A DNA stretch of 64,000 bases from a virus: positions 1 through 64,000 of the IMG/VR virus record IMGVR_UViG_3300020470_001313; one strand, 5' to 3'. The notes beneath the pieces were generated by a model. That model did no database searches and was not told where the DNA came from. It saw nothing but the letters and a program-made list of their open reading frames with translations. A program made the position numbers and the translations under genes. Of this stretch, positions 46,295 through 56,163 are shown in pieces. How positions within the stretch are numbered: the first letter of the stretch is position 1; the number at the start of each line of letters is the position of its first letter.

Positions 46295-48012
46295 GACACA
46301 TCTTTCATTTTGGAGAAATCATTAATCTTCTCAAATCTTAAAGTGGTCATAAACTTATCTGCAAGTATATCACCCTTATGTGATATCACAAATACGTTTG
46401 TACTCTGTCCTAAATTTCTAAGAATTTTCATAAGTTCTTGAGTAGAAGAATCATCCAATGATGAATCAAATACTTCATCCAATATAAGAAGATTAGTTGA
46501 TGCAGAGTTTTTCATTCTAGCAACTTCTCGCCATGTGAATAGTAATGCTAAATCAATCTTCTGCTTCTCACCCTCAGAGAATGAGGAGTAAGAGAAGTCA
46601 TCACGAAATCTTGATTTAATTACTTCATTAAATTCATCATCTAAGGTGAAGTTAACGTAGAAGTCCATACTCTGAAGGTATTTATTGATCAGTGTATTGA
46701 AGACTGGTACGTATTTCTTTATAACTTGGGATTTAATACCTGAATCCTTAAGCAAATATGAAACTGCTGTGTACTCATCCAGAGTTTTGTTAATATTTGC
46801 ACAATCTTTCTCAGTTTTTGATAGATTTGCTTTGAGAGATTCTAATACTTCTATCTCACCTTTAACATTTGGTTGATCATCTGTTAGAGATTTAATCTGT
46901 TTCTCAATAGCAATGTTTCTCTTCTCTATTCTTATTAGATCTCTATCAAGATTATTAATATCATTATTTAAATTAAAAATACTTTTATTTAAAATTTCAA
47001 GTTCAGTAATATCTTTTAAACATGTTTCAATTTGACCTTCTAATTTTAAAAGTCCCTTATTATATGTTGATGATTCTTCATCTAATGTTGTACACTTGTG
47101 TGTCTTAAATTCTGTATCAATCTCCTGAGTGCAGGTAGGGCATACATTATTTGAGGAAAAGAACTTTAATTCTTTAAGTAAAGCAGACTGTTTGTGTTCT
47201 ATCTTTACACGTAATCCCTTTAACTTTTCTAAATCTTTCTTAACAGTTTTGTAATTATCTAATTTTGGTTCTTCACTTTTTAATTTAAATTCAAGCTTAC
47301 TGCGATCAGCATTTAAAACTTTAATAGAATCTTTATTATTTAAAAGTTCATCTTCCTTTTCACGAACTCTATCCTCATTGATAGCAGATAGTTTATCAAT
47401 ATGTGCTTGCTGAGTGTTAACTCTTTCTTCTGCTATTGCTAATAGGTGGTCACAGTCTTTACCTTGATCCTGAGACTCCTTGATACGATCCTTTAATAGT
47501 GTATTCATAACACTAAAGATCTGAATATCTAATAGATCTTCTACAACCTCACGTCTTACACTAGCATTCAATTGCATAAAGGGAACAAATGTACTACTCC
47601 CTAGTATAACAACCTGTGTGAATGACTTATAATTTAGTTTAAGTATTGACTGTTCAAGATACTTTTGATAATCTCTATTAGCAGCATCTTGATCTACCAG
47701 TTTATCGTTCTCAAATATTTCAAACTTATTAGGTTTAATCTGACGACGTACTAGATACTGTCTACCATTAACTTCAAATTCTGTTTCTACTACTGTTCCT
47801 TTCTCATTAATACTATTAACTAACTGACCCTTTGTTATCTTACGAAAGGGTTTGTTAAACAATACGAATGTAATAGCATCTAATATGGTTGACTTTCCAG
47901 CACCATTGGTTCCAATTATAAGAGTTGATGGAGATTCACTCAATGGGATCTCAATGAATTGATCTCCTGCACTCAGGAAATTTTTCCATCGGATCTTCTG
48001 GAAGGTTATCAT
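46291..48012 (-). CDS. g46: Recombination endonuclease subunit gp46 (Rad50-like)
   Basis: GTNGAGKS, CPTC zinc hook, FSEGEK, LILDEVFD. Confidence 0.98.
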   Translation of the reverse strand: MITFQKIRWKNFLSAGDQFIEIPLSESPSTLIIGTNGAGKSTILDAITFVLFNKPFRKITKGQLVNSINEKGTVVETEFEVNGRQYLVRRQIKPNKFEIFENDKLVDQDAANRDYQKYLEQSILKLNYKSFTQVVILGSSTFVPFMQLNASVRREVVEDLLDIQIFSVMNTLLKDRIKESQDQGKDCDHLLAIAEERVNTQQAHIDKLSAINEDRVREKEDELLNNKDSIKVLNADRSKLEFKLKSEEPKLDNYKTVKKDLEKLKGLRVKIEHKQSALLKELKFFSSNNVCPTCTQEIDTEFKTHKCTTLDEESSTYNKGLLKLEGQIETCLKDITELEILNKSIFNLNNDINNLDRDLIRIEKRNIAIEKQIKSLTDDQPNVKGEIEVLESLKANLSKTEKDCANINKTLDEYTAVSYLLKDSGIKSQVIKKYVPVFNTLINKYLQSMDFYVNFTLDDEFNEVIKSRFRDDFSYSSFSEGEKQKIDLALLFTWREVARMKNSASTNLLILDEVFDSSLDDSSTQELMKILRNLGQSTNVFVISHKGDILADKFMTTLRFEKINDFSKMKDVS

Positions 48013-48275
48013 TTGGGTGGTGGAACAACTAAAGTGTCAGATTCAATAATACTGTAGCGATAACCAAACTGTTTACAGTTGGACGCTACCATGTCTATAT
48101 CAATATGTGCGATTCTTAAGTTGGAATTCTTCTTATCAGGTGTGTCTTCTGCTTCAAGATGTACTAAGTAACGTTCAGCATCATCCTGCTTTTCAAAGAT
48201 CTGGACAATTTTAGATTTGTCCTTTGCCTTTACAGCATAGACTCCTTCAGTACCGTTGTCTACTAGTATGAACAT
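48009..48275 (-). CDS. DUF3110-like conserved protein
   Basis: EGVYAV..FEKQDDAERY..L, LVVPP. Confidence 0.75.
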   Translation of the reverse strand: MFILVDNGTEGVYAVKAKDKSKIVQIFEKQDDAERYLVHLEAEDTPDKKNSNLRIAHIDIDMVASNCKQFGYRYSIIESDTLVVPPPK

Positions 48276-49297
48276 GCTTCTACATACAATGACTTCATGA
48301 TGGATTTAATGTTGGTTTTGTTTTCTTGTAGTTCCATCTCATCTATGTAGTTCTCTAACAAAGTTAAAGTGTCTTCGGTCTCTACCACTTCTAGTTGTTT
48401 TTCTAGAACAGTACCGAGATCTTCAATGATCTTTAAGTCTGCTACCTCACACTCCTGTAATCTACGAACAAACTGATCAAATTTAATTTGGTCAGTCTTA
48501 TTCTCTACTATCAATTTGACATAAGTGCCTTTGATAGTCTTAGGATCAGGCAAAACGCAACCCTCATTATAGTACAGTTTGTGGAACATGTCAAATGGAT
48601 TTCTATAGAAGGTAGTCTTCATAGTGTCCGTATCAAACACGTGGAACCCACGTTTGCAACCATAGTCATTCCAGTATAACTGGGAAGGGTTACCTAGGTA
48701 TGTAATATTATCCTGCTTAGACTTCATATGATAGTGTCCAGTAAATACTTTTTCAAATTTACTGTACGGTGATCTATCCATACCATGAGTCATGAAAGCA
48801 CCTGGATGAGCTTCAAAGCCGTTAAGCTCAAGATGGCCCATACAGACAGGTGCAGTACTTTCTGAGATGCATCTGAAGGTAGCGTCTCTGTTCTCATCAC
48901 ATATCCAAGGAAGAAGTAGAATGTCAATACCACCGATGTTACAGGTAGTAGGGTCTTCAATGATAGTGATGTTGTCGTACTCTCCCAGTAATTCCTTTGG
49001 AGCATTAATTCTAAGAGTATTTTTGTAGTATATGTCATGGTTCCCTATGAGCATTGTCATATGACATCCCATCTCTCTAATAGGATCAAACCACATATCT
49101 CTTGCAGCATCAAGAGACTGGAAGTTTATGCTCTTTCTTTTGTCAAAAGTATCACCCAGATTGATAATAGTTTTAATTCCACTTGCTTTAATAAAAGGTA
49201 CAACTATCTCACCATAGAATTTCTTGTACGCAGTTATATAAGCTTGGTTATCATTACGAACACCAAAGTGCTGATCTGTTATTAGTAATATTTTCAC
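48263..49297 (-). CDS. g47: Recombination endonuclease subunit gp47 (Mre11-like)
   Basis: TDQHFG, LGDTFD, GNHD, GHYH. Confidence 0.98.
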   Translation of the reverse strand: MKILLITDQHFGVRNDNQAYITAYKKFYGEIVVPFIKASGIKTIINLGDTFDKRKSINFQSLDAARDMWFDPIREMGCHMTMLIGNHDIYYKNTLRINAPKELLGEYDNITIIEDPTTCNIGGIDILLLPWICDENRDATFRCISESTAPVCMGHLELNGFEAHPGAFMTHGMDRSPYSKFEKVFTGHYHMKSKQDNITYLGNPSQLYWNDYGCKRGFHVFDTDTMKTTFYRNPFDMFHKLYYNEGCVLPDPKTIKGTYVKLIVENKTDQIKFDQFVRRLQECEVADLKIIEDLGTVLEKQLEVVETEDTLTLLENYIDEMELQENKTNIKSIMKSLYVEACSY

Positions 49298-49782
49298 TAG
49301 TTATATCTCTGGCTGGTTTCTATACGTGCTTTAATAGCATTATATTCTGCTGATTGCTCACCATCCACATGCATAACTTCTTGGTAACCTGACTTCTCAA
49401 TTATCTTATCTCTAATCTCCATCTGACGTTTCTCTTTAGCAATACGTCTTAAGAATGCAAAGTAAACTATCTGTGTAAAATAAGCAAATGGATTTTTAGA
49501 TTTTGCTGGATCAAAATTATCTATGTACTGTATACAATTTTCTATTCCGTCACAAACCATATCATCCTTATACATGTAGTTGATAAAGTTTGGTCTATAC
49601 GATAAATGAGTAGCAATTTTTAAAAAGCAACTACCAATATAATCATTTACTCTAGGCTTTGGAAGTCCCTCTCTTTTATTACGAAGAATTTTGGCACGAT
49701 ACTTTTCAAGCTCTGATAAGAACTTTTTATTATCTAAGTAGTGTTCCTTTTTTCTTCTAGGGGCCATAGATTTAGTGTACAT
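49297..49782 (-). CDS. g55: Late-transcription sigma factor gp55
   Basis: HYLDNKKF, LSYRPNFINY, NPFAYFTQI..AFLRRI.KEK; the track's start at 49833 is the TTG of the -35 box. Confidence 0.97.
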   Translation of the reverse strand: MYTKSMAPRRKKEHYLDNKKFLSELEKYRAKILRNKREGLPKPRVNDYIGSCFLKIATHLSYRPNFINYMYKDDMVCDGIENCIQYIDNFDPAKSKNPFAYFTQIVYFAFLRRIAKEKRQMEIRDKIIEKSGYQEVMHVDGEQSAEYNAIKARIETSQRYN

Positions 49783-49804
49783 GTATAGCCAACTGACTGA
49801 CCCT

Positions 49805-49833
49805 ATTATAGTAAATCCTGACCATTGTGTCAA
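49805..49833 (-). promoter_or_regulatory. Perfect sigma70 promoter for g55
   Basis: TTGACA(49833-49828)-17-TATAAT(49810-49805). Confidence 0.9.
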
Positions 49834-49839
49834 GGGGGC

Positions 49840-49868
49840 TTGACAAGATCAGGAATCCTCTATAGAAT
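49840..49868 (+). promoter_or_regulatory. Divergent antisense-directed sigma70 promoter
   Basis: TTGACA(49840-49845)-17-TAGAAT(49863-49868). Confidence 0.7.
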
Positions 49869-49895
49869 AACAATGTCAGTTGTGAAGGGTTACCT

Positions 49896-50348
49896 CTAGC
49901 TTTTCTTATATAGTTCTTCAAATCTCTTACGAGCATCGGAGATCTTACCGATTTTACCCTCTTTTTCCGTGACTTCTACTTGATGGTCTTTTCTAATTTT
50001 TGCTTTGTCAGCACTGCCGCGCTGCGAATGTAGGTAAGATTCATAAACAAATATCATTTCTCGTGAGAGAGAAGCAATAGAAACAACGTCCTTCTCGTTT
50101 ATAATATAAAAATCTTCTTCAGAAAAATTCTGCCATTGAGTGAAACCAATACCTTTAACAGCTTTATCTTCTGCAATCTCTTTCGTAAAACTTTGTACTA
50201 CCAATGGGTTTTCAACATACAATAAGTCCTGTGTAGGAAAGGTTGCTTTGTCCCTTGAGACAATACACTTCCCAATAATTTCGTCACCACTTGTTAATTT
50301 AATACAGCAGTGAAATTCTTCATCATGCTTAACGTAGTTTAAACTCAT
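49896..50348 (-). CDS. Conserved hypothetical protein (Sm-like)
   Basis: IKLTSGDEIIG; usual position between uvsW and g55. Confidence 0.8.
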   Translation of the reverse strand: MSLNYVKHDEEFHCCIKLTSGDEIIGKCIVSRDKATFPTQDLLYVENPLVVQSFTKEIAEDKAVKGIGFTQWQNFSEEDFYIINEKDVVSIASLSREMIFVYESYLHSQRGSADKAKIRKDHQVEVTEKEGKIGKISDARKRFEELYKKS

Positions 50349-50351
50349 TGA

Positions 50352-51806
50352 CTACCCTAACTTTACATCTATGATTTCATAATCAAATTTTTCATCTTTG
50401 TAAACTTTGACTCTTTCAAACAAATGGTTTAAAGTATAATTGTGAAATTGGTTTCGGGAGATGTTATCTGCAATATCATATAATACTGCTTGTGATTTGT
50501 TATCACCCTTTCTTAATACTCTACCAATTGATTGTAAGTTCCTCACTCTTGATTTACTAGGACTAGCAAAAATTACATTATGAAGGTTTTTTATATTGAT
50601 GCCTGTAGAAAAAGTTCCGTAGGATGCAACAATAATATTATCGTTGGTCTCCTCTGCTAGAGCTCTTATCTTCTCACGATCATCAACATCAACACCACCA
50701 TGAACTAAATGTACTGGTTGTGTTACATTACTATTTAGCAGATCATATAAAGGGAGTCCGTGACGCTCTACATAGTTAAAGAGAACTAACGTATTTCCGC
50801 GCAGATCTTTTGTTAATCTCATAATGAATTTGTTTCTCCGTTCATGAGAAACTAAGTATTCCATTTCTTCTTGATAAGTTTCAAATGGTATATAATCATG
50901 CTTCAATACTAGGATCTTGACCTTAAGACTAGCAACTTGACCTCTATCCATGAGAGTCTTAGTTCTAGTTACTTGAGAACATCTACCGAATAAACCTTCT
51001 AATACTAGTTGATTACATTCTGATCCATCAAGTGTGCCTGTAAAACCAATTCTATACTTGCACTTATGAAGCTTAGTCATTAACGTAGTAAGAGATTTGG
51101 CTTTGAAAAGGTGCGCTTCGTCACCTACGATAACATCAAATTGTTCAAACCATTTACGAGGTTGTTTATAAATTGACTGCCAAGTTGAAATAGTTACATA
51201 ATGATTAGTGTTCTTTGATTCACCTGCATAAATTTTGTAGCAGAATACATCTACTTTCCATCCATAATCAGCAAAGTCTTTATACATTTGCTCTACAAGG
51301 GATGTAGTAGGAACTACAATCAAAACTCTTCTATTAACATTAACATGAAAACGTACCAATGAATAAATCATCAAGGATTTCCCGCTGGCAGTTGGGGACA
51401 ATAGGAGTCGTCTGTTGTATCGTAGGGATTCGTATATTGCTCGGTATTGGTAATCGCGTACCTGTACAGGAAGACGTAAAGACTTTACAAACCCAGCCAC
51501 CGACTGAGGAGTTACAAACTGATTTTCCTCCAAAGGGAGGCCAAAGTGCTCGTTAGGTTCAAACTTATATTCATACCCTCTCTCCTGACACCAATCCTGT
51601 AGGTATTTTAATAACCCTACGTAAATATCTCCAGTGCCAGGAGAATACAATCTTATTTTACCATCCCATCTCCTATATCTTTTCGTCCTCTGTAAAAACT
51701 TTGCAGATGGTACTTCAAAAGTAAAGTAATCTGAGAGTTCATGGTGAACATGCTGCTCCGCATCTACTGTAAGATAGACTTCGTTCTTCTTTTTGATTGT
51801 GATCAC
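50352..51806 (-). CDS. uvsW: RNA-DNA/DNA helicase UvsW
   Basis: WDGKIRL, SPTASGKS, DEAH, GFTGT, QSIGRVLR. Confidence 0.98.
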   Translation of the reverse strand: MITIKKKNEVYLTVDAEQHVHHELSDYFTFEVPSAKFLQRTKRYRRWDGKIRLYSPGTGDIYVGLLKYLQDWCQERGYEYKFEPNEHFGLPLEENQFVTPQSVAGFVKSLRLPVQVRDYQYRAIYESLRYNRRLLLSPTASGKSLMIYSLVRFHVNVNRRVLIVVPTTSLVEQMYKDFADYGWKVDVFCYKIYAGESKNTNHYVTISTWQSIYKQPRKWFEQFDVIVGDEAHLFKAKSLTTLMTKLHKCKYRIGFTGTLDGSECNQLVLEGLFGRCSQVTRTKTLMDRGQVASLKVKILVLKHDYIPFETYQEEMEYLVSHERRNKFIMRLTKDLRGNTLVLFNYVERHGLPLYDLLNSNVTQPVHLVHGGVDVDDREKIRALAEETNDNIIVASYGTFSTGINIKNLHNVIFASPSKSRVRNLQSIGRVLRKGDNKSQAVLYDIADNISRNQFHNYTLNHLFERVKVYKDEKFDYEIIDVKLG

Positions 51807-51808
51807 AG

Positions 51809-52237
51809 TTACATACCAGCTTGGAATTTTTCCCAATCAATAGCACTCTTGATGTGGAAGCCTCGGTTCTGAATCATACGGATAATTGAATCCAAATAAT
51901 TCATACATGTTTCTATGTATGCAAGTTTGGATCTGGTCTTAATAACCTCTGTGTCTGCGTTTATAAACGTTTCTACTTCATCTCTATTAGTTAATTTCAA
52001 ATCAAAAGGCACCTCACGGTATGCTACCGCAGGTGCTTTGCCTTTATAATATTTCCATTTATCACGAATTAAGGTATTTAATTTACCTTCTGTTTCAATC
52101 TTCATACCAGAGAATACATTAATATACTCATAGTATTTCGCATGAAGACTAGCGATCTTAACAGATTCTTCAGAGTATAAGTCAGGTTGAATCTGACTAT
52201 CTACTCTCCACTGTTCTTGGATAGTCTCCAGATTCAT
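51809..52237 (-). CDS. uvsY: Recombination mediator UvsY
   Basis: LHAKY, KWKYYKGKA, RGFHIKSAIDWEKFQAG. Confidence 0.93.
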   Translation of the reverse strand: MNLETIQEQWRVDSQIQPDLYSEESVKIASLHAKYYEYINVFSGMKIETEGKLNTLIRDKWKYYKGKAPAVAYREVPFDLKLTNRDEVETFINADTEVIKTRSKLAYIETCMNYLDSIIRMIQNRGFHIKSAIDWEKFQAGM

Positions 52238-52476
52238 TAGATACCTTGGTCTTTAGTTTTTTCTAAAAATTCTTTTAAACTTGATTGACAGTTTGGTGGT
52301 TCAGGATCTTTATAGCCTTTTATATCCTTCCACTTATTATATAATGCTCCCATCATCCATGACTGAGACAGACTTTTAGGTCCATTCTCTAGTAAATCTA
52401 ACTCATACTTACTAGAAGTATAAGCTTTATATTCTTCTCTCCAATTGGAGTTGTCAAAAGGTTCCTTAGTCATCAT
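52237..52476 (-). CDS. Hypothetical protein
   Basis: 79-aa ORF WREEYK..LLENGPKSL. Confidence 0.7.
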   Translation of the reverse strand: MMTKEPFDNSNWREEYKAYTSSKYELDLLENGPKSLSQSWMMGALYNKWKDIKGYKDPEPPNCQSSLKEFLEKTKDQGI

Positions 52477-52519
52477 AGACCTCCCTAGGGTAAGAGTCTA
52501 TCACGAAGTAGGTCGGTTG

Positions 52520-53086
52520 TCAAGTAGTTCGTCTTGTACCAGAGTTCTTTCCTCTAACCTCATAGAGAGTATAGTTGAATGTTGCCTGTGCTTGGAAGAA
52601 CTGCGTGTCGGTTTGCGTTACGTCAAATGATAGGGTGGATAAGTTTGTTGGAAATAGATCTTCAAAAACTACTTCAAACGAAACGTTGTTTTGATTATTT
52701 AGTACCTGAAGTGTAGCGTCACTTACAAGTGATTTATAGTTTGCAGCATCAGGTGTAGTTCTCTTATCAACAATCCAAACACCTCTCTCATTTAAATCTT
52801 GTGGAGTACCTAATGCTCTCATCCAGTTATGAATCTGCATATAATTTTCTAAATTCTCATCCACCAAAAACGATACACTAAATTCTCCATAGCGTATGTT
52901 ACCATCAATAGGATATGATACTAAACCTCTAGTGGGTATAGCAATATCTCCGACAGTTATATCAGGAATACTTGCTTGCTGAACTAAGAACGCAACCTTT
53001 GGTGCTTTCTCTAATATGAACTTAAACCCTATAGGTGCAAGAAAGTTCTTGTTCTTTAATTCATTTTCGTACCACGTAGCAGCCAT
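52520..53086 (-). CDS. g3: Tail completion/sheath stabilizer gp3
   Basis: NFLAPIGFKF, FLVDENLENY..IHNWM, SDATL, FPTNLS. Confidence 0.92.
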   Translation of the reverse strand: MAATWYENELKNKNFLAPIGFKFILEKAPKVAFLVQQASIPDITVGDIAIPTRGLVSYPIDGNIRYGEFSVSFLVDENLENYMQIHNWMRALGTPQDLNERGVWIVDKRTTPDAANYKSLVSDATLQVLNNQNNVSFEVVFEDLFPTNLSTLSFDVTQTDTQFFQAQATFNYTLYEVRGKNSGTRRTT

Positions 53087-53107
53087 ATCAACAACCTAGC
53101 ATCATTA

Positions 53108-54652
53108 TTATTTAGTATAGATGGTGTCTCCGACACACAATACATCTAGATCAGTATCATGTAATAACTGTAGTGCATCACTTATTCTACCAGCAATAGG
53201 TTTACCACCATTATTGAGAGAAGTATTAAGTACCATCGGTAATCCAGTCAGTTCTTCAAAGACCGATATAAGATCGTAATAATCCTCTTTATCCTCACCT
53301 ACTGTCTGTGGTCTACATGTACCATCCGCATGTGTAATAGATTTAAAAGTTTCTGGATCTCTTACATCCATACAATATAACATATAGTCTGACTTCCCTT
53401 CCCATACAAAGTAATCACTTACTTTATCTTCAATTATACTTGCACCAAATGGTCTAAACCACTCACGGTGTTTTACTCTTTTATTTAAAAACTCTTTTCC
53501 ATCTTCTAAATCAGGACGCATCAATATAGATCTGTTACCTAATGCTCTGGGACCTAGTTCACCATGTCCTTGATACCATCCAACAATTCTACCATCAGCA
53601 ATATACTCTGCAACCTCTGTAATAGTTTTAGCTGATGGTCTCTCAGCAGGTGCTTCATCATCTTGCCAGAATGGGAATCCACTTCTATCAAATTCAGGTT
53701 GCTTCCAATATCTTCTTAACCATTCAACTATACCAAGTGTTAGACCTTCATCAGCACAGTGTGGTATAATATTTAAGTTTGGTCTTACCTTTTTAATCTT
53801 AGAATTTACAATAGTATTAAGAGCAACCCCACCACTGTAGAGTATAGTATCATTAGGTCTACTACTCTTTACGAAATGATTTACAAGAATATCTTCTGTA
53901 ACACTATGGCAGAATTGAATTTGATCTAGTACTTTATGATCTTCTCCCTCACCTTGATATACTAAACGTTCAATATATTCTAGGTTCCATAGATCCCTTA
54001 TACCTTCAATACCAATATCATAGGTATGACATTCTAGTTTAGTTTTTTCTAAGCACTCAGGTGTCAATCTACCATAGGCTTTTAATGCCATGACTTTACC
54101 TGCCATGTCATGTGGACTACCTTGTAACTTTAATATATGACCACCAAGATCTCCTAACACTCCACCAAAACTAGGTGCATGATCAGTAGTATATCTTTGA
54201 AATCTTTCATCACCATGATATGCAGTGAAGGTTATCTTATCATCACCGAATCCATCATATACAAAATTAACATCTGATTTAATACCAAGTGGCCATGCAC
54301 TTAGCATATGAGCATAGTGATGATCTATTCTATAGATGGGACAGTCATACCCAATATCTCTGAAGACTGGTATTTCAATTTCTTCAACTAACTTCTTCTC
54401 ATCTGTCTGTATCCTTGGGTACATATGACAGTCTAATACTATACCAATAGCATCAACTTCTCTAGGATCAAAAGGTTCTCCAGTTCTACAATATGAATAA
54501 CGCTCTAAGGAATGTGCCCACGAGGTTAGATCCCGTGGTGCATAATGCTTTTGTTGAAAGTCTCTTTCGTGTTTATAATACCAGACACTAGAATCTCTTG
54601 TGTAGGTTATACTACTGTCATGGTCACACAATCTTAATCCTAAGAAGTTCAT
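53108..54652 (-). CDS. Carbamoyltransferase (NodU/CmcH/TobZ family)
   Basis: HDSS, HHYAH, DGFGD, GKVMAL, GGVALN, GPRALGNRS, KHREWFRPF, LNTSLN. Confidence 0.93.
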   Translation of the reverse strand: MNFLGLRLCDHDSSITYTRDSSVWYYKHERDFQQKHYAPRDLTSWAHSLERYSYCRTGEPFDPREVDAIGIVLDCHMYPRIQTDEKKLVEEIEIPVFRDIGYDCPIYRIDHHYAHMLSAWPLGIKSDVNFVYDGFGDDKITFTAYHGDERFQRYTTDHAPSFGGVLGDLGGHILKLQGSPHDMAGKVMALKAYGRLTPECLEKTKLECHTYDIGIEGIRDLWNLEYIERLVYQGEGEDHKVLDQIQFCHSVTEDILVNHFVKSSRPNDTILYSGGVALNTIVNSKIKKVRPNLNIIPHCADEGLTLGIVEWLRRYWKQPEFDRSGFPFWQDDEAPAERPSAKTITEVAEYIADGRIVGWYQGHGELGPRALGNRSILMRPDLEDGKEFLNKRVKHREWFRPFGASIIEDKVSDYFVWEGKSDYMLYCMDVRDPETFKSITHADGTCRPQTVGEDKEDYYDLISVFEELTGLPMVLNTSLNNGGKPIAGRISDALQLLHDTDLDVLCVGDTIYTK

Positions 54653-54678
54653 AATAATCCTCGTGATTTATTTAGGCA

Positions 54679-54711
54679 CAAAAAAAAGACCCCCGAAGGA
54701 GTCTCTTTTTT
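54679..54711 (-). terminator. Intrinsic terminator after g23
   Basis: AGACTCC-TTCG-GGGGTCT plus T-run. Confidence 0.88.
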
Positions 54712-54727
54712 AAACTTATGTGATGGA

Positions 54728-56113
54728 TCACATGAGGTTTGTAACTTGTACACGTCTGTAGTACTTGTTGGTATTTGCAGTAAGTGCGCCAGATCCTTGT
54801 GTAAGACCTTGTGAGAATGGGTTTGAAACCATGCCGTAACGAGTCTTGAATCCAATTTTTGGTTGGAAGGTATCAGGATTGATCGCTCTGACTTGCTGTA
54901 GAGGAACGTAAGGACAATAGAATAGTCCAGCGTCATAAGGAGAAGTACCTTTGTATCCAGCAACGTAGAAGTGCTTGTCAGCAACGTTAGCAGAATATGG
55001 GTCAACGTAAACCTTAATGCGTCCGTTTAGAGTACCAACGAATGTTGAAGAAGTATCATCAACAGATGTTAGTTGGTTGTTACCATTAAGAGCAGGAGCA
55101 TAGTCAAGAACACCAGCCATTCCGAGGGCACTTGCTACATCAGCAGATGTAATCAAAATGTTGCCCTTCCCGCGACGAGTCTCTTGTCCGATAGCGTTTG
55201 CATCTCTTTCAATCTGGAATAGAAGTCCCTTGAATTTTTCAACTGACCATCTACCATTTGAGTCAACGTCTAGGTCAAAGATTCCGTCTGTAGCGGTATC
55301 ATTGATAGCACCTTTAACAGCGTTAACATAGATTGTACGAACAACTTCACGGTTGATCTCAGCAAGAATTTCAGTAGATAGAATGTTGCTTAATTCCTGC
55401 TCGGCATCCAATCCGTGAATAGCCTTGAGGTCTTGAGCAAGTTCTAAACTGTACTCTGCCTTTAAAGCACGAGACTTAGCAGTCACCGTTACTTTCTCAA
55501 TGGCGAAGCCCATTTCGCGGAACTCAGTTCCAGACTCACCTAGAGATTCAGCAGTTGCTGTTGCCATACCTTGAGCGTCACCTGTCAACTCGTAAGTTCC
55601 TGGTGAACCGTCGTTAAGAACGGCAGGGTTAGTACCCTCAGCGTCGTTGTTAGCAGAGCTTGAAGCGCCTGGGTCGTATGTACCTGAACCACCAGATTGA
55701 CCTGCGTTTGGCTCGTTGAAGAATGCTTCTCTGAATGCTGCATTCTGTGGGTCGCGTTGAGTACCGTAGTTAGTTCTCATTGCGAAGATTAGTCCAGTAG
55801 GACCTGTCATTGGCTGAACGCCAGCAATGTCATAAGCAATAAGCTTAGGCATTGAACGACGAATCAAGCTAATGAGTACAGGGTCAAAACCAGCAACTGG
55901 ACCAGTTGCGGTTGCATCAGCACCGAAACCGCCTGTTCCAGCAGCGTTCGTTGGTGCCTCCATCAACATCTGCGACTCTTCACGAGCAGCAAATTCTTGG
56001 TTCTCAAGAAGTTGTGCGACAACTCCACGCTTGTGAGAGTCTTCAATCTTTGGAAGACTTTCGTGCTCAAGTACGGGTGCCCACTTCTCTTGTAGTTGTT
56101 TTAGATCAGCCAT
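54728..56113 (-). CDS. g23: Major capsid protein gp23
   Basis: FDPVLISLIRR, GVQPMTGPTGLIFAMR, SRALKAEYSLELAQDLKAIHG, FQPKIGFKTRYG. Confidence 0.99.
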   Translation of the reverse strand: MADLKQLQEKWAPVLEHESLPKIEDSHKRGVVAQLLENQEFAAREESQMLMEAPTNAAGTGGFGADATATGPVAGFDPVLISLIRRSMPKLIAYDIAGVQPMTGPTGLIFAMRTNYGTQRDPQNAAFREAFFNEPNAGQSGGSGTYDPGASSSANNDAEGTNPAVLNDGSPGTYELTGDAQGMATATAESLGESGTEFREMGFAIEKVTVTAKSRALKAEYSLELAQDLKAIHGLDAEQELSNILSTEILAEINREVVRTIYVNAVKGAINDTATDGIFDLDVDSNGRWSVEKFKGLLFQIERDANAIGQETRRGKGNILITSADVASALGMAGVLDYAPALNGNNQLTSVDDTSSTFVGTLNGRIKVYVDPYSANVADKHFYVAGYKGTSPYDAGLFYCPYVPLQQVRAINPDTFQPKIGFKTRYGMVSNPFSQGLTQGSGALTANTNKYYRRVQVTNLM

Positions 56114-56163
56114 TTTAATTCCTTAAAATTGTTTTTAGAAAAGTAGTGTTTACAAAATCATGC

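Noticed and set aside
54649-55005. 118-aa ORF overlapping the g23 3' end
   Set aside because: Out-of-frame shadow that runs through the g23 terminator; no RBS or family features
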